Shown here in pieces: positions 47,476-58,749 of a DNA stretch of 64,000 bases. The translations under genes and the position numbers were made by a program. Source of the DNA: Gammaproteobacteria bacterium (GTDB taxonomy: Bacteria > Pseudomonadota > Gammaproteobacteria > UBA1113); assembly GCA_021156165.1 (NCBI GenBank), contig JAJNBM010000003.1, forward strand, positions 1,817 through 65,816. Reading direction: 5' to 3'. Each line of letters opens with the position of its first letter. Positions within the stretch are counted from its first letter, which is position 1. The notes below the pieces were generated by a model. It was not told where the DNA came from, ran no database searches, and was given only the letters and a program-made list of their open reading frames with translations.

Positions 47476-47504
47476 CGTAAGTTCAAGACTTGATGTGCTT
47501 ATTA

Positions 47505-47533
47505 GGGCAGACACAGGGGTCTGCCCCTACGAG
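47505..47533. repeat. REP-like hairpin with CCCTACGAG tail
   Basis: gggcagac-acaggg-gtctgccc-ctacgag, directly downstream of recR. Confidence 0.55.
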
Positions 47534-47581
47534 AATTCAAAAATCCGTATTCGAAACAAATACTCAAGGCGGAGCGTATAT

Positions 47582-47698
47582 TCATAGCAGTTGATTTTTA
47601 GGCGAGGCGCCGAGCCCTCGAGCACCAGGAGTGTAGTACTCTACATGACTGGTGCAAGATGGGTGAAGGCAACAATGCCTAAGAATCAACTGCGAAGA
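47582..47698. mobile_element. MITE-like element, copy R3, inverted relative to R1
   Basis: catagcagttgattttta ... ctaagaatcaactgcgaaga. Sits between the REP and the fis stop. Confidence 0.6.
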
Positions 47699-47703
47699 AT
47701 ATA

Positions 47704-48006
47704 CTAGTCGCGCTGTTTGCCTACATGGGTAGTGTCAAAGTATTCGGCTAGTTTTTTGCGTAAGGTCCCGCGGCTAATGCCCAGTACACGTGCGGCTTTA
47801 GATTGATTGCCACGCACATAACGCATGATGCTTTCAATCATCGGCTTTTCAATTTCCGCCATTAATTTTTGGTACAAATTATCGGGTTGTTGATTTCCCA
47901 ATAAGGCAAAGTAGCGATCTAACACCTCATTCACGTGGTGGCCTAAACCGTGGGCTTGATTTTGGTTTCTCTGTTGAATCGATGCAATTTCTTCCGTGCT
48001 CATCAT
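47704..48006 (-). CDS. fis: Fis family DNA-binding protein
   Basis: C-terminal HTH GNQSKAARVLGISRGTLRKKL. Confidence 0.85.
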   Translation of the reverse strand: MMSTEEIASIQQRNQNQAHGLGHHVNEVLDRYFALLGNQQPDNLYQKLMAEIEKPMIESIMRYVRGNQSKAARVLGISRGTLRKKLAEYFDTTHVGKQRD

Positions 48007-48297
48007 AAGAGTTTAGCTCCTATACAATCTAGTTCATACTTCCCCGCTTTTATACTTTGTATAAAAACGATACACTATAGTGCACTTCCTAATAAAAAGG
48101 AAATGCCTTTTTTGGCCATAATTTGCGCAAAAATATATTATTATGCGGTTCGCCGACAACCTTTACAAGTTACCATTCCAAACCCAAATAATCAATACTT
48201 TTTGTGAAAAATATCAACATTTTTTAGCGCATAATATGGCCCTGTTTTTTCTGGATTATGATATAATATCCATTTATATTAACAAACCGAGTGGTCA

Positions 48298-49671
48298 ATG
48301 TCTGATAGCACTACTATTATACCCAAAACATATACCCCAAATAAAACCAGCAAGGTGTTTATTTTAACTCATGGCTGCCAAATGAATGTCTACGATTCAG
48401 ACAAAATGCTGGCCGTTTTACGGGATGCAAAAGGCATGGAAATCACGGAAGATCCCACCCAAGCAGACCTATTGCTCATCAACACCTGCTCTATACGGGA
48501 TAAGGCTGAAGAAAAAGTTTTTTCCGAGCTAGGTCGCTGGCGCGAATTGAAAGAAAATAACCCCCATATGCTCATTGCTGTGGGCGGTTGTGTCGCCAGC
48601 CAAGAAGGTGAAGCTATCGTTAAACGCGCTCCTTTTGTGGATTTAGTCTTTGGGCCACAAACATTACACCGCTTACCGCAATTAATAGACCAACGTCATG
48701 CAACGCGTAAAGCAGCCATAGATGTTAGTTTTCCTCAAATTGAGAAATTCGATTGCCTACCCGAACCCAAAGCCACAGGAGTGACCGCTTTTGTATCTAT
48801 TATGGAAGGCTGTAACAAGTATTGTAGTTACTGTATTGTACCTTATACCCGTGGAGAGGAAATCAGCCGTCCATTTGACGACATCCTGGCTGAGGTCGCC
48901 TCTTTAGCCGAACAAGGCGTTAAAGAGATTACTCTATTAGGGCAAAATGTCAATGATTACCGTGGCCTTATGCATAATGGCGCTACCGCCGATCTAGCCC
49001 TTTTGATCCGCTACATTGCCGCTTTAGACAATATTCAACGCATTCGCTTTACCACTTCGCATCCATCGGCATTTAGCGATGATTTAATAGAAGCTTATAA
49101 AGACATTCAAAAACTGGCTAACCACTTGCATTTACCGGTGCAAAGCGGTTCTAACCGCATTCTGAAAATGATGAAACGCGACTATAGCGCAGAAAGTTTT
49201 ATTGAACGCTGCCAAAAGTTAAAAGCCGTACGCCCTGATATTTCTATTTCATCCGATTTCATCGTAGGCTTTCCCGGAGAAACTGACGAGGATTTTATCG
49301 CCACTTTGGATCTCATACAGACGGTGGGTTTTGATCAATCTTTTAGTTTCATTTACAGTCCGCGCCCCGGCACGCCCGCGGCTAAATTGCACGATGGTAT
49401 AGATATGGCGGTTAAAAAGAAGCGCTTAAAAATACTACAAGATCGTATTCAGCTCCAGGCACAGGCTATTAGCTTAGCCATGGTGGATACTATCGTTCCT
49501 ATCCTCGTCGTCGGTCATGCTAGGAAAGACAACACCGAACTCAGCGGACGCAGCGAAAATAACCGTATTGTTAACTTTAGCGGACCGAAAGGTTTAATAG
49601 GTCAAATTGTGCCTGTACGCATCAATGCTTGTTTGCGAAATTCGCTGCGTGGAGAAATGGTTAAAATATAA
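48298..49671 (+). CDS. miaB: tRNA (i6A37) methylthiotransferase
   Basis: Radical-SAM CxxxCxxC, an N-terminal MTTase Cys triad and a C-terminal TRAM domain. Confidence 0.95.
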   Translation: MSDSTTIIPKTYTPNKTSKVFILTHGCQMNVYDSDKMLAVLRDAKGMEITEDPTQADLLLINTCSIRDKAEEKVFSELGRWRELKENNPHMLIAVGGCVASQEGEAIVKRAPFVDLVFGPQTLHRLPQLIDQRHATRKAAIDVSFPQIEKFDCLPEPKATGVTAFVSIMEGCNKYCSYCIVPYTRGEEISRPFDDILAEVASLAEQGVKEITLLGQNVNDYRGLMHNGATADLALLIRYIAALDNIQRIRFTTSHPSAFSDDLIEAYKDIQKLANHLHLPVQSGSNRILKMMKRDYSAESFIERCQKLKAVRPDISISSDFIVGFPGETDEDFIATLDLIQTVGFDQSFSFIYSPRPGTPAAKLHDGIDMAVKKKRLKILQDRIQLQAQAISLAMVDTIVPILVVGHARKDNTELSGRSENNRIVNFSGPKGLIGQIVPVRINACLRNSLRGEMVKI

Positions 49672-49824
49672 CCACTTAGCATAATAAAAATATTTAGGAC
49701 ATTATTTTTAAAACAAACCGTAGTTGTAAAAGCATATCTCAAGGTAGCAGCTCCACAATAACTGTTGATCCTGAATAGTTGCGCTATAATTAAAATATAA
49801 GTTCTAATCATAACTGGATACACA

Positions 49825-50802
49825 TTGAACCATACTATCGAAGAAAAAGTAAGTTTTATCCCGATTGACAACGACCGCTTGGCAAAGCTGTGTGGGCAAT
49901 TCGATGAGCACTTACGCTTTATTGAAAAACGTTTACAGGTTATAATTGCGCCACGTAGTGGCTCTTTTAAAATCAGTGGGGAAGCAGACTCCGTACTTAA
50001 AACAGCTAGAATTTTAACTGCTCTGTATGATAAAACCAAACACCATGCAGATTTAACTTTGGACGATATTCACTTATTATTAGGTGACCACTTAATGGAT
50101 ACATTATCTTACCCGCACGGCACTGACGAAGAAAAATTTGAAATTTTAAACCGCGCTGGCCGTCTAAGCCCTAAAAGCAAAAATCAACAGGATTATCTCA
50201 ATGCCATAAAGAATCATCCTATTGTTTTTGGTGTCGGGCCAGCCGGTACTGGTAAAACTTTTCTAGCGGTTGCCATGGCCGTTGATGCTTTACAAAAAGA
50301 ACTGGTACAGCGTATTATCTTAACTCGCCCGGCTGTAGAAGCAGGTGAACGTTTAGGATATTTGCCAGGCGATTTGGCCCAAAAAGTAGATCCCTATTTA
50401 CGACCGCTCTACGATGCCTTATATGAAATGTTGGGCCCAGAACAAGTAACTCGGTTGTTGGCTAAAAATCACATTGAATTAGCGCCCCTTGCGTATATGC
50501 GCGGCCGTACTTTGAATAATGCTTTTATCATCTTAGATGAAGGACAAAACACTACGCGTGAGCAAATGAAGATGTTTTTAACCCGTATAGGCTTTGGCTC
50601 TACCGCCGTCGTTACAGGAGATATCACCCAAATAGACTTAGCGCGCGCAGTACCATCGGGGTTAATTCATGCCATTGAAGTTTTAAAATCTGTAAACGAC
50701 GTTCATATTACTCATTTTGAAGCCAACGATGCCGTGCGTCACCCCATAGTGCAAAAAGTCATTCGCGCTTATGAACAATATGATGATGATCAGAACGTAT
50801 GA
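49825..50802 (+). CDS. ybeZ: PhoH-like ATPase
   Basis: Walker A GPAGTGKTF, in the conserved miaB-ybeZ-ybeY-corC order. TTG start. Confidence 0.9.
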   Translation: MNHTIEEKVSFIPIDNDRLAKLCGQFDEHLRFIEKRLQVIIAPRSGSFKISGEADSVLKTARILTALYDKTKHHADLTLDDIHLLLGDHLMDTLSYPHGTDEEKFEILNRAGRLSPKSKNQQDYLNAIKNHPIVFGVGPAGTGKTFLAVAMAVDALQKELVQRIILTRPAVEAGERLGYLPGDLAQKVDPYLRPLYDALYEMLGPEQVTRLLAKNHIELAPLAYMRGRTLNNAFIILDEGQNTTREQMKMFLTRIGFGSTAVVTGDITQIDLARAVPSGLIHAIEVLKSVNDVHITHFEANDAVRHPIVQKVIRAYEQYDDDQNV

Positions 50803-51329
50803 CACAAGCGCCCACTCTTGATTTAACTTTACAAGTCAACGACACCTCTCTAAACACGAGTGAGAGTCAATTTAGTGCGTGGTGTTTAGAAACTTTACGC
50901 TATGCTACAATCCATAGCGAAGCTTTGCAGCAGCATCCTGCCTGGGAAATTACTGTGCGTATTGTCGATACGGAAGAAGGTAAAAGCCTCAATGCCAATT
51001 ATCGCCATAAAGAATATGCCACCAATGTCCTATCATTTTATTACGACGATCCTTTTGCCGACTTAAATTTTTTAGAAGACGAAGATGAAATTGTAAGTGA
51101 AAAAGAATTAGGTCAGGGAGATATCGTCTTGTGCGCGCCGGTAATCCTTAAAGAAGCCGCGGAACAAAAAAAATCAATCGTTGAACACACCGCGCATTTA
51201 ATAGTACATGCCACATTGCATTTAATGGGCTATGATCACGAAATAGAAAAAGATGCCCGTATTATGGAAAATCTTGAGATCGTCATCTTACAACAACTAG
51301 GTTTTAACAATCCTTATGAGGAAATATAA
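50799..51329 (+). CDS. ybeY: endoribonuclease YbeY
   Basis: HxxxHxxGxxH zinc motif (HATLHLMGYDHE). Confidence 0.9.
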   Translation: MTQAPTLDLTLQVNDTSLNTSESQFSAWCLETLRYATIHSEALQQHPAWEITVRIVDTEEGKSLNANYRHKEYATNVLSFYYDDPFADLNFLEDEDEIVSEKELGQGDIVLCAPVILKEAAEQKKSIVEHTAHLIVHATLHLMGYDHEIEKDARIMENLEIVILQQLGFNNPYEEI

Positions 51330-51334
51330 ACATT

Positions 51335-52210
51335 ATGAACGATGAACTTGACAATGAAGAATCTCACCAGAAAGGTTGGCTAGAACGTTTAAGTCAGGTA
51401 CTCTTAAGAGAACCACATGATAAAGAGGAACTCACTGAGTTACTACGTCATGCGGCCGAACGCGGCATTATCGCTAATAATGCGCTACAAATGATAGAGG
51501 GCGTGTTATCTGTCTCCGAGTTACAAGCACGCGACATTATGGTACCCCGCTCGCAGATGGTTGTAGTTGAAATTGATGAAACTGTCGATGAATTTTTACC
51601 GCGCATCACTGAATCAGGACATTCCCGTTTCCCGGTGATTGGCGAGAACCGCGACGAAGTGATCGGCATATTGTTGGCAAAAGATCTGCTGAACTATGAC
51701 CTCAAAAAAGAAGGTTCTAATCAGGCAGTTCAAATCGATAGCCTATTGCGTAAAGCCATTTTTATCCCCGAAAGCAAACGCGTAGATGTGTTATTACGGG
51801 AATTTCGCATGGAATACAACCATATGGCCATCGTCGTCGATGAATATGGCGGTGTTTCTGGCTTAATTACCATAGAAGACATTTTAGAAGAAATTGTGGG
51901 TGAAATTGAAGATGAATACGATATGGACGACGAAGTCAATATCACCACGCACGATCAGCGTCATTTCATTATCAAAGCCATCACGCCTATAGAAGAGTTT
52001 AATGAATATTTTAACCTGAAATGGAGCGATGAAGAATTTGACACCGTAGGCGGTATTTTAGTAGCGAAACTAGGACACTTACCTAAAAAAGGCGAACACA
52101 TCACTTTTGATGACTTAAACTTTAAAATACTACAAGCCGACAGCCGTAGAGTGAAAACTTTAGAGTTGATTTTGGCAGAGGAATATACTGCTAAAAAACA
52201 AATTGCATGA
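51335..52210 (+). CDS. corC: CBS-domain Mg/Co efflux protein CorC
   Basis: Tandem CBS domains and a C-terminal CorC_HlyC domain. Confidence 0.9.
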   Translation: MNDELDNEESHQKGWLERLSQVLLREPHDKEELTELLRHAAERGIIANNALQMIEGVLSVSELQARDIMVPRSQMVVVEIDETVDEFLPRITESGHSRFPVIGENRDEVIGILLAKDLLNYDLKKEGSNQAVQIDSLLRKAIFIPESKRVDVLLREFRMEYNHMAIVVDEYGGVSGLITIEDILEEIVGEIEDEYDMDDEVNITTHDQRHFIIKAITPIEEFNEYFNLKWSDEEFDTVGGILVAKLGHLPKKGEHITFDDLNFKILQADSRRVKTLELILAEEYTAKKQIA

Positions 52211-52234
52211 TTTCGCATGGCCTACATCCAAACC

Positions 52235-52258
52235 ATCACCCCAAACTGAAGGGGTGAT
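52235..52258 (+). terminator. candidate terminator hairpin after corC
   Basis: atcacccc-aaactgaa-ggggtgat followed by agtttaaat. The U-tract is weak. Confidence 0.35.
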
Positions 52259-52439
52259 AGTTTAAATAGCCTCTAACTAAAAAATCAACCTACCCTAGAA
52301 ATAACGTGTGGCGTATCCTCCCCTGGCTTTTGTCTTTTCATCGGAGGCTCCCCCTAAGTATAGAGAGAAACTTAGGTATAAAGGTATGTCGATCTCGGCT
52401 CGGCTATAAACGGCATATCACCGTGTTTTAACAGCTCGT

Positions 52440-52940
52440 TTATTCCAATCCTGCTAATAATGCATCAATTTTTTCAGGCGTTAGCTTTTCGTGAAATTGA
52501 TGATCCAATTGCAGCACCGGCGCATTCACGCAAGCGCCTAAACATTCTACTTCTTTTAAGGTGAATTTATTATCGGCCGTGGTTTCACCAAAATTGATTT
52601 GCAGCCGTTTTTTAAGATGCGCAACGATTTCATCGCTGCCACTCAACATGCAAGACACATTGGTACATACACATAATTTATGCTTACCCACAGGCGCTAA
52701 CTCGAACATGCTGTAAAATGTTGCCACTTCAAAAACTTGAATTTGCGGCAGATCTAAATAATCGGCAACCGCTTTCATGGCTGCTTCAGACAACCAACCC
52801 CCATTGGCTTTTTGCGCAATATGCAGCGCAGGGATCACTGCCGAGCGTTTTTGCTCCGCTGGATATTGTGCCACCCAGGCATCAATTTCTGCCTTATCGT
52901 GCTGACTCAATTCAAATATTGTATTGGTTATAACATCCAT
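52440..52940 (-). CDS. nuoE: NADH-quinone oxidoreductase subunit E
   Basis: 2Fe-2S Cys pattern CxxxxC...CxxxC. Full length. Confidence 0.9.
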   Translation of the reverse strand: MDVITNTIFELSQHDKAEIDAWVAQYPAEQKRSAVIPALHIAQKANGGWLSEAAMKAVADYLDLPQIQVFEVATFYSMFELAPVGKHKLCVCTNVSCMLSGSDEIVAHLKKRLQINFGETTADNKFTLKEVECLGACVNAPVLQLDHQFHEKLTPEKIDALLAGLE

Positions 52941-54199
52941 TAGCGATCAATCTCCCCAAAGACTATATCTTGACTGGATAATATCGACACCACATCGGCT
53001 ATCATATGACCGCGACACATTTCATTCAGCGCAGACAAATGACTAAAACCCGCCGCACGGATTTTTAATCTATACGGCTTATTGGCACCATCGGAAATTA
53101 AATAAACGCCAAATTCACCCTTAGGATGCTCCACCGCCGCATACGCTTCACCTACAGGAATAGTATACCCTTCCGTAAATAATTTAAAGTGGTGGATTAA
53201 GGCTTCCATGCTTTCTTTCATGACCGCTCTAGATGGCGGCACTACTTTGGCATCCTCCACCATCACCGCACCGGGATTTTTACGCAACCAATCTATACAC
53301 TGCAAAATGATGCGATTGGATTGACGCATTTCTTCTACACGCACTAAATACCGATCGTAGCAATCGCCATTTTTACCAATGGGAATATCAAAATTCAAAT
53401 CGGCGTATACTTCATAAGGTTGTTTTTTGCGTAGATCCCAAGCCACCCCTGAGCCACGCAACATAGGACCGGTAAAGCCCAATTGCAGCGCTCGTTCTGC
53501 TGTCACGACACCTACATCCACGGTACGTTGTTTCCAAATACGATTGTCTGTGAGCAAGGTTTCATATTCATCTACACGCGCTGGAAAGCGATTACAAAAT
53601 GCCTGTAGAAAATCCAGCAAACTGCCTTGTCTGCTTTCATTTATTTCCTGAGTGTCTTTCTCACTACGCCAAGCCGAAGGCGCATATTGCGGCATTTTGT
53701 TGGGCAGATCGCGATACACGCCACCCGGACGATAATAAGTAGCATGCATCCGTGCTCCGGACACGGCTTCATAACAATCCATTAACTCTTCACGCTCCCT
53801 AAAAGTGTATAGGAATACTGCCATCGCGCCTATATCCAAAGCATGGGCCCCTAACCACAATAGATGGTTCAGCAAACGAGTCACCTCATCGAACATGACA
53901 CGTATATATTGTGCTCTAATGGGCGGCGTCACCCCTAATAATTTTTCTAAAGCTAAAACATAACCGTGTTCATTGCACATCATGGATACGTAATCTAAAC
54001 GATCCATATAGCCTATGCTTTGATTGTAGGGTTTGGTTTCGGCTAATTTTTCAGTAGCGCGATGCAATAAGCCGATGTGGGGATCAGCGTGGCGTATTAC
54101 CTCGCCTTCGGTTTCTAATACCAACCGCAGCACCCCGTGTGCAGCGGGATGTTGCGGTCCAAAATTAAGCGTATAGTTATGTAATTCAGACATGGCCAC
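52940..54199 (-). CDS. nuoD: NADH-quinone oxidoreductase subunit D
   Basis: Full-length 49-kDa subunit. Confidence 0.95.
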   Translation of the reverse strand: MAMSELHNYTLNFGPQHPAAHGVLRLVLETEGEVIRHADPHIGLLHRATEKLAETKPYNQSIGYMDRLDYVSMMCNEHGYVLALEKLLGVTPPIRAQYIRVMFDEVTRLLNHLLWLGAHALDIGAMAVFLYTFREREELMDCYEAVSGARMHATYYRPGGVYRDLPNKMPQYAPSAWRSEKDTQEINESRQGSLLDFLQAFCNRFPARVDEYETLLTDNRIWKQRTVDVGVVTAERALQLGFTGPMLRGSGVAWDLRKKQPYEVYADLNFDIPIGKNGDCYDRYLVRVEEMRQSNRIILQCIDWLRKNPGAVMVEDAKVVPPSRAVMKESMEALIHHFKLFTEGYTIPVGEAYAAVEHPKGEFGVYLISDGANKPYRLKIRAAGFSHLSALNEMCRGHMIADVVSILSSQDIVFGEIDR

Positions 54200-54947
54200 T
54201 GTCTCCTTTCTGCGCGTGATTAGATTCCAAATAACGGCTATCCTCTCTAATGACTTTAGGGACCAACACGCGTTCAGGAATAGTCACTGGTTGATAAATC
54301 ACCCGTTCGCTGGCTTTATCGTAACGCATTTCTACATGGCCGGATGTGGGAAAATCTTTACGGAAAGGATGGCCTATAAAGCCGTAGTCCGTCAAAATAC
54401 GCCTTAAGTCTGGATGCCCTTCGAATAAAAAGCCAAACAAATCGAAGGCTTCACGCTCAAACCAATCCGCGGATGGCCAAATAGGCATGATCGACGGAAT
54501 ACATAAATCAACTTCATCTAAAAACACTTTTAGGCGCAAACGTTGGTTTAATTTGACCGATAATAAATGATATACCACCGCAAAACGGGAACCTGAAAAA
54601 GATTCCATTCGAATGCCATCCTGATCCACCGCCCGTTCAAAACCAGAACCCGTTGCTTTATCCGTCACCCATTCAGCGATACCATACGTTAAATAATCAA
54701 CCCCGCATACATCAATAAGTTGTTCAAAACAAAATTCTGAGGCATCGCGCAACTGAATCGCTACGTCTATTAAGCCTTTTTTATTTAAGATCAGAGTCAA
54801 TTCACCGCGATCGCTTTGCAAAGTCATTTGTTCGCGGGGAGAATCTGCTTTCATAGTGACACAAGGGTGTTCATGATGATTCACTACAAAGCCTTGCGCT
54901 GTAAAATGACTGAGGAGATTATCTTGTAAAGTGCTCAATCGACTCAT
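54186..54947 (-). CDS. nuoC: NADH-quinone oxidoreductase subunit C
   Basis: Full-length 30-kDa subunit, encoded separately from nuoD. Confidence 0.9.
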   Translation of the reverse strand: MSRLSTLQDNLLSHFTAQGFVVNHHEHPCVTMKADSPREQMTLQSDRGELTLILNKKGLIDVAIQLRDASEFCFEQLIDVCGVDYLTYGIAEWVTDKATGSGFERAVDQDGIRMESFSGSRFAVVYHLLSVKLNQRLRLKVFLDEVDLCIPSIMPIWPSADWFEREAFDLFGFLFEGHPDLRRILTDYGFIGHPFRKDFPTSGHVEMRYDKASERVIYQPVTIPERVLVPKVIREDSRYLESNHAQKGDSGHV

Positions 54948-55020
54948 TATTTAACCCTCATTATACCTATAAAAAAGCAATCCTAAAACCATTACATGCA
55001 ATATCATGCGCGTTGACTCA

Positions 55021-55047
55021 GGGCGGCTTACGAGCCGCCCCTACAGC
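55021..55047. repeat. REP-like hairpin between nuoC and nuoB
   Basis: gggcggc-ttacga-gccgccc-ctacagc. Abuts the nuoB stop codon. Confidence 0.5.
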
Positions 55048-55566
55048 TTAGCTATCTACCCCACAAAAAATTCGTCTGGTATGCTTTATTTTATTTTGCA
55101 ATTGAATAATACCATAGACCAAGGCTTCCGCTGTAGGCGGACAGCCCGGCACATAAATATCCACCGGCACGATGCGATCGCACCCTCTCACCACAGAATA
55201 AGAATAATGGTAATAACCGCCCCCATTGGCACAAGAACCCATGGAAATAACCCACCGCGGTTCGGCCATTTGATCATACACACGACGCAAGGCGGGTGCC
55301 ATTTTATTGCATAAGGTACCCGCCACAATCATGACATCGGATTGGCGGGGACTGGGTCTGAACATCACCCCAAAACGATCTAAATCATAACGCGCTGCGG
55401 CAGAATGCATCATTTCTACGGCACAACAGGCCAAGCCAAAAGTGACTGGCCACATGGAGCCACTGCGGGCCCAGCCCACTAATTTTTCCAATGACGTAGT
55501 CACAAAACCATTTTGTTGCATTTCTTGTGGCTGAAATATCTCGTGTGCTGAAGTGTCTATTCCCAT
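55048..55566 (-). CDS. nuoB: NADH-quinone oxidoreductase subunit B
   Basis: CCxxE...C Fe-S ligands. Start trimmed to the Met at 55566, since the longer ORF overlaps nuoA. Confidence 0.9.
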   Translation of the reverse strand: MGIDTSAHEIFQPQEMQQNGFVTTSLEKLVGWARSGSMWPVTFGLACCAVEMMHSAAARYDLDRFGVMFRPSPRQSDVMIVAGTLCNKMAPALRRVYDQMAEPRWVISMGSCANGGGYYHYSYSVVRGCDRIVPVDIYVPGCPPTAEALVYGIIQLQNKIKHTRRIFCGVDS

Positions 55567-55913
55567 TCTAAAGCCCCTTTTTTCCACTCGAAAATAAAGC
55601 CTACAACTAATAAACCTAAAAAGACCATCATGCTTAAAAAGCCAAACCAACCTATTTGACGCAACACCACTGCCCACGGGAATAAAAAGCCTGTTTCGAG
55701 ATCGAAGAGTATGAAAAGGATGGCAACCAGATAATAGCGTATATCAAAAGGCATGCGCGCATCTTCAAACGCAGGAAAGCCGCATTCGTAGGGTGCATTT
55801 TTAACGGCATCGGGTTTATGCGGCCCTAAAAGCCAGCCACCCACTAGAGGTACTATAGCCAAAACTATGGCTAAGCCCAAAAAAATGAGTATAGGCAGAT
55901 AATTTGTTAACAT
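55557..55913 (-). CDS. nuoA: NADH-quinone oxidoreductase subunit A
   Basis: 118 aa with three transmembrane segments. Confidence 0.9.
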   Translation of the reverse strand: MLTNYLPILIFLGLAIVLAIVPLVGGWLLGPHKPDAVKNAPYECGFPAFEDARMPFDIRYYLVAILFILFDLETGFLFPWAVVLRQIGWFGFLSMMVFLGLLVVGFIFEWKKGALEWE

Positions 55914-55941
55914 ACTCTTATCCTTATTATGACCTAATTTA

Positions 55942-55969
55942 GGGCGGGCACAGGGGCCTACCCCTACGA
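55942..55969. repeat. degenerate REP-like element
   Basis: gggcgggcacaggggcctaccc-ctacgat. Compare the copy at 47505. Confidence 0.35.
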
Positions 55970-55981
55970 TCCTAATTATAA

Positions 55982-56066
55982 TGGTGCCGAAGGCCGGACT
56001 CGAACCGGCACGGCTTTCGCCACTGCCCCCTCAAGACAGCGTGTCTACCAATTCCACCACTTCGGC
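55982..56066 (-). tRNA. tRNA-Leu (anticodon GAG)
   Basis: Class II tRNA with a long variable arm. Anticodon loop TTGAGGG; encoded CCA. Confidence 0.9.
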
Positions 56067-56076
56067 GATTTATGTA

Positions 56077-56191
56077 CTCTACGCATTTGATTCTTAGGCT
56101 TTGTTGCCTTCACCATTCGCACCAGTCATGTAGAGTACTACACTTCTGGTGCTCGAGCTCGGCGCCTCGCCTAAAAATCAACTGCTGTGAG
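56077..56191. mobile_element. MITE-like element, copy R4
   Basis: ctctacgcatttgattcttagg ... ctaaaaatcaactgctgtgag. Directly abuts tRNA-Leu. Confidence 0.6.
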
Positions 56192-56206
56192 TAGATTCTA
56201 TCCAGC

Positions 56207-56232
56207 GCGGTTCGCGAACCGCCCCTACGACG
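56207..56232. repeat. REP-like perfect palindrome with CCCTACGACG tail
   Basis: gcggttcgcgaaccgc-ccctacgacg. Overlaps the secG stop. Confidence 0.5.
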
Positions 56233-56593
56233 TTCCGTTGCTTGGCTGCGGTAGCGGAATATCCAAAGCACCAGGGGTCTTATTCGTTACGTCGCCGCTC
56301 ACTGGCGCTGGGGCCACGGGTTGCGGCAATATCGTATTCTCTAAAGCAGCTTTCTGACGACTCATCTTAGCGGCATCATAACCCAACATAATGCTGGTTG
56401 CAAAAAAAACGAGCGCAGCGAACCCTGTAAGCTTTAATAAAAAACTAGCGGAACCTGGGCTACCAAACACGGTGTTAGAAGCACCACTGCCAAAAGCAGC
56501 GCCCATATCAGCCCCTTTACCTTGTTGCAATAATACTAAGGCGAGTATACTCACACAAACAACCAAATGTATCACGAATAATATTAATTCCAT
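56225..56593 (-). CDS. secG: preprotein translocase subunit SecG
   Basis: Two transmembrane segments and a Gly-rich loop. Conserved tpiA-secG linkage. Confidence 0.9.
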   Translation of the reverse strand: MELILFVIHLVVCVSILALVLLQQGKGADMGAAFGSGASNTVFGSPGSASFLLKLTGFAALVFFATSIMLGYDAAKMSRQKAALENTILPQPVAPAPVSGDVTNKTPGALDIPLPQPSNGTS

Positions 56594-56603
56594 ACTTTCT
56601 CCG

Positions 56604-57362
56604 TCATATCAACGCCCTATAAATGGGCGAAAAAGTCTCATATTTTAACGAGGCGCCACCGATCAGCCCGCCGTCTACATTAGCTAAGGTCAATAATTGT
56701 GCGGCATTATCGCCTTTGACACTGCCACCATATAATAGGCGCACCGTTTGACTGGTCGCGCTATCATACTGTTTTACTAGGTGGTCACGCAAGGCCGTAT
56801 GCACCGAAACCACCTCACCTGTAGTAGGCGTTAAACCTGTGCCTATAGCCCATACGGGTTCATAAGCAACCACCGTGTGTGCAAAATCTTTAGCTGTGGT
56901 GATTTTAAGCACTGCATCCAACTGCGCCATCACTACTGCCAGTGTTTGCCCTTTTTCACGTTCCTCCAAACTTTCACCCACACACAAAATGGGCGTTAAA
57001 GCAGCTGCTCTCGCTGCCAACCACTTTTGTGCCACCCAGGGGCTATCTTCGCCATAATATAAGCGTCGTTCCGAATGCCCTACAATAACATAGCGGCAAC
57101 CCACATCGCACAACATTTGCGCTGAAATCTCACCGGTAAAAGCCCCTGCCACTTTATCGTTCACATTCTGCGCGCCCCAAGAAATGGGTAAATGCGCACA
57201 TGCGGCGCGCATATTGCTCAAAAATACTGCAGGCACGCACAAGGAGACTTCCACTTGATTTAAAATTGCACTATCTTTTTGCATAGCCATGAGCAGAACG
57301 TCTATATCGGCGCTCGTACCGTTCATTTTCCAATTGGCAACGACTAATTTTTGGTGCATCAT
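56604..57362 (-). CDS. tpiA: triosephosphate isomerase
   Basis: AYEPVWAIGTG active-site motif. Confidence 0.95.
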   Translation of the reverse strand: MMHQKLVVANWKMNGTSADIDVLLMAMQKDSAILNQVEVSLCVPAVFLSNMRAACAHLPISWGAQNVNDKVAGAFTGEISAQMLCDVGCRYVIVGHSERRLYYGEDSPWVAQKWLAARAAALTPILCVGESLEEREKGQTLAVVMAQLDAVLKITTAKDFAHTVVAYEPVWAIGTGLTPTTGEVVSVHTALRDHLVKQYDSATSQTVRLLYGGSVKGDNAAQLLTLANVDGGLIGGASLKYETFSPIYRALI

Positions 57363-57432
57363 GGTTCAAAATAGTTTATGATGTGCGAATTGTAACCGAG
57401 TTGCTCAGGAGGAGCAAGTTGAGAGTCTGTAT

Positions 57433-57972
57433 TTAACTTTTATACGGCGTTCCATATAACCTTTCCCACATGACCGCCTCAAAACCAAAATCGCGCATAT
57501 TGTTCATTCTTTCCGGATATAGAATGCCGTCTAGGTGATCGCATTCATGCTGTACCATGCGAGCATGAAAATTATCCGCGATACGTTCTATCGCTTCACC
57601 TTCTTCATTAACGCCTTTATAGTGGATCTTCTGATAGCGCGGCACTTTTCCGCGTAATCCTGGCACACTCAAGCAGCCTTCCCAATCCTCGACTTTTTCC
57701 TCCGTTAACGGCGTTATCACCGGATTAATTAAAATAGTAAAAGGAACGGGTTTTTCAGTAGGGTAACGCACACTGCTTTCAAAACCAAAAATCACTACCC
57801 GCTGATTGACACCAATTTGCGGTGCAGCAATGCCTACCCCGCCCTCTTTTTTCATCACATCTTTTAAATCCAGTATCAGATCATATAATTTCGCGCAGGA
57901 AAATTCCGTTACTTCAAGCGATCGCTTCGATAAACTAAGCGTTCCCATTTTTAAAACCGGCAAAATAGCCAT
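57433..57972 (-). CDS. def: peptide deformylase
   Basis: GIGIAAPQIG, EGCLS and HECDHL motifs. Confidence 0.9.
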   Translation of the reverse strand: MAILPVLKMGTLSLSKRSLEVTEFSCAKLYDLILDLKDVMKKEGGVGIAAPQIGVNQRVVIFGFESSVRYPTEKPVPFTILINPVITPLTEEKVEDWEGCLSVPGLRGKVPRYQKIHYKGVNEEGEAIERIADNFHARMVQHECDHLDGILYPERMNNMRDFGFEAVMWERLYGTPYKS

Positions 57973-57987
57973 ATTTCATTTCTCCAT

Positions 57988-58749
57988 TCAGGGAGTAACA
58001 TTGGCAAATTCTATTGCCTTATGTGCAATAAACCGTGTGGTGTCTACAACGGGTTTAAGTAGATTTGCCTCATTATAAACATCGGGTAACTCAGTACATG
58101 CCAAAATAACTGCGTCACAATCCATTTCTTTTATCACCGTATCCGCAATCATAGCTGAAAAGTGCGCTCGTTCTTCTTTTTGTGGAATAATATAATCAAA
58201 AATTAAACTATGTATTAAATTGCAGCCTTGCTCATCTGGTGTTATGGCTACGATCCCTCTTTTATGAAGGTATTCTTCGTAAAGGCCGCCCTGCATCGTC
58301 ATCTTAGTTCCTAGAACACACACTTTTTTATAGCCTCTAATAACACATTCATCAGATACTAGCTCTATCACATTTAAAACAGGAACAGGGGCTCGCTCAA
58401 TAATAGTTTTAATTGCATAATGGGGTGTGTTTGACGGAATAATAACAAAGTCGCATCCAATGCTACACAGCTTAGCAATGGATAAAAGAATAAGATTAGA
58501 CAAACCTACCCAATCCCGCTCTAAAACATATTTTTTATATTTGGCAAAAGGAAATGAGTGAATACTAAACTCTGGATGCATTTCTGTTTTATTTATTCTT
58601 ATATATTCAGCCACAATCTCATTTGCACAGATACAAGCACCCACAGTGGTGATATTGACTATTCCTATGTGCTTCACGCAATTTTCCTCTCGAGGGCTTA
58701 TGGTCATGGGGTTAATTCTAACAATACCACAAAGAAGTACTGGTGCCAA
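57988..58749 (-). CDS. Asp/Glu/hydantoin racemase-family protein
   Basis: Two conserved Cys regions (...ACTELP). The start is probably the Met at 58707. Confidence 0.7.
   Translation of the reverse strand: MAPVLLCGIVRINPMTISPREENCVKHIGIVNITTVGACICANEIVAEYIRINKTEMHPEFSIHSFPFAKYKKYVLERDWVGLSNLILLSIAKLCSIGCDFVIIPSNTPHYAIKTIIERAPVPVLNVIELVSDECVIRGYKKVCVLGTKMTMQGGLYEEYLHKRGIVAITPDEQGCNLIHSLIFDYIIPQKEERAHFSAMIADTVIKEMDCDAVILACTELPDVYNEANLLKPVVDTTRFIAHKAIEFANVTP

Noticed and set aside
48202-48267. Candidate promoters in the fis-miaB divergent region
   Set aside because: TATAAT-like hexamers are present, but no -35 partner sits at 16-18 bp spacing. Too ambiguous to call in AT-rich DNA.
55048-55677. 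Long form (209 aa) of nuoB overlapping nuoA by 120 bp
   Set aside because: The N-terminal 37 residues have no NuoB homology and overlap nuoA. Trimmed to the Met at 55566.
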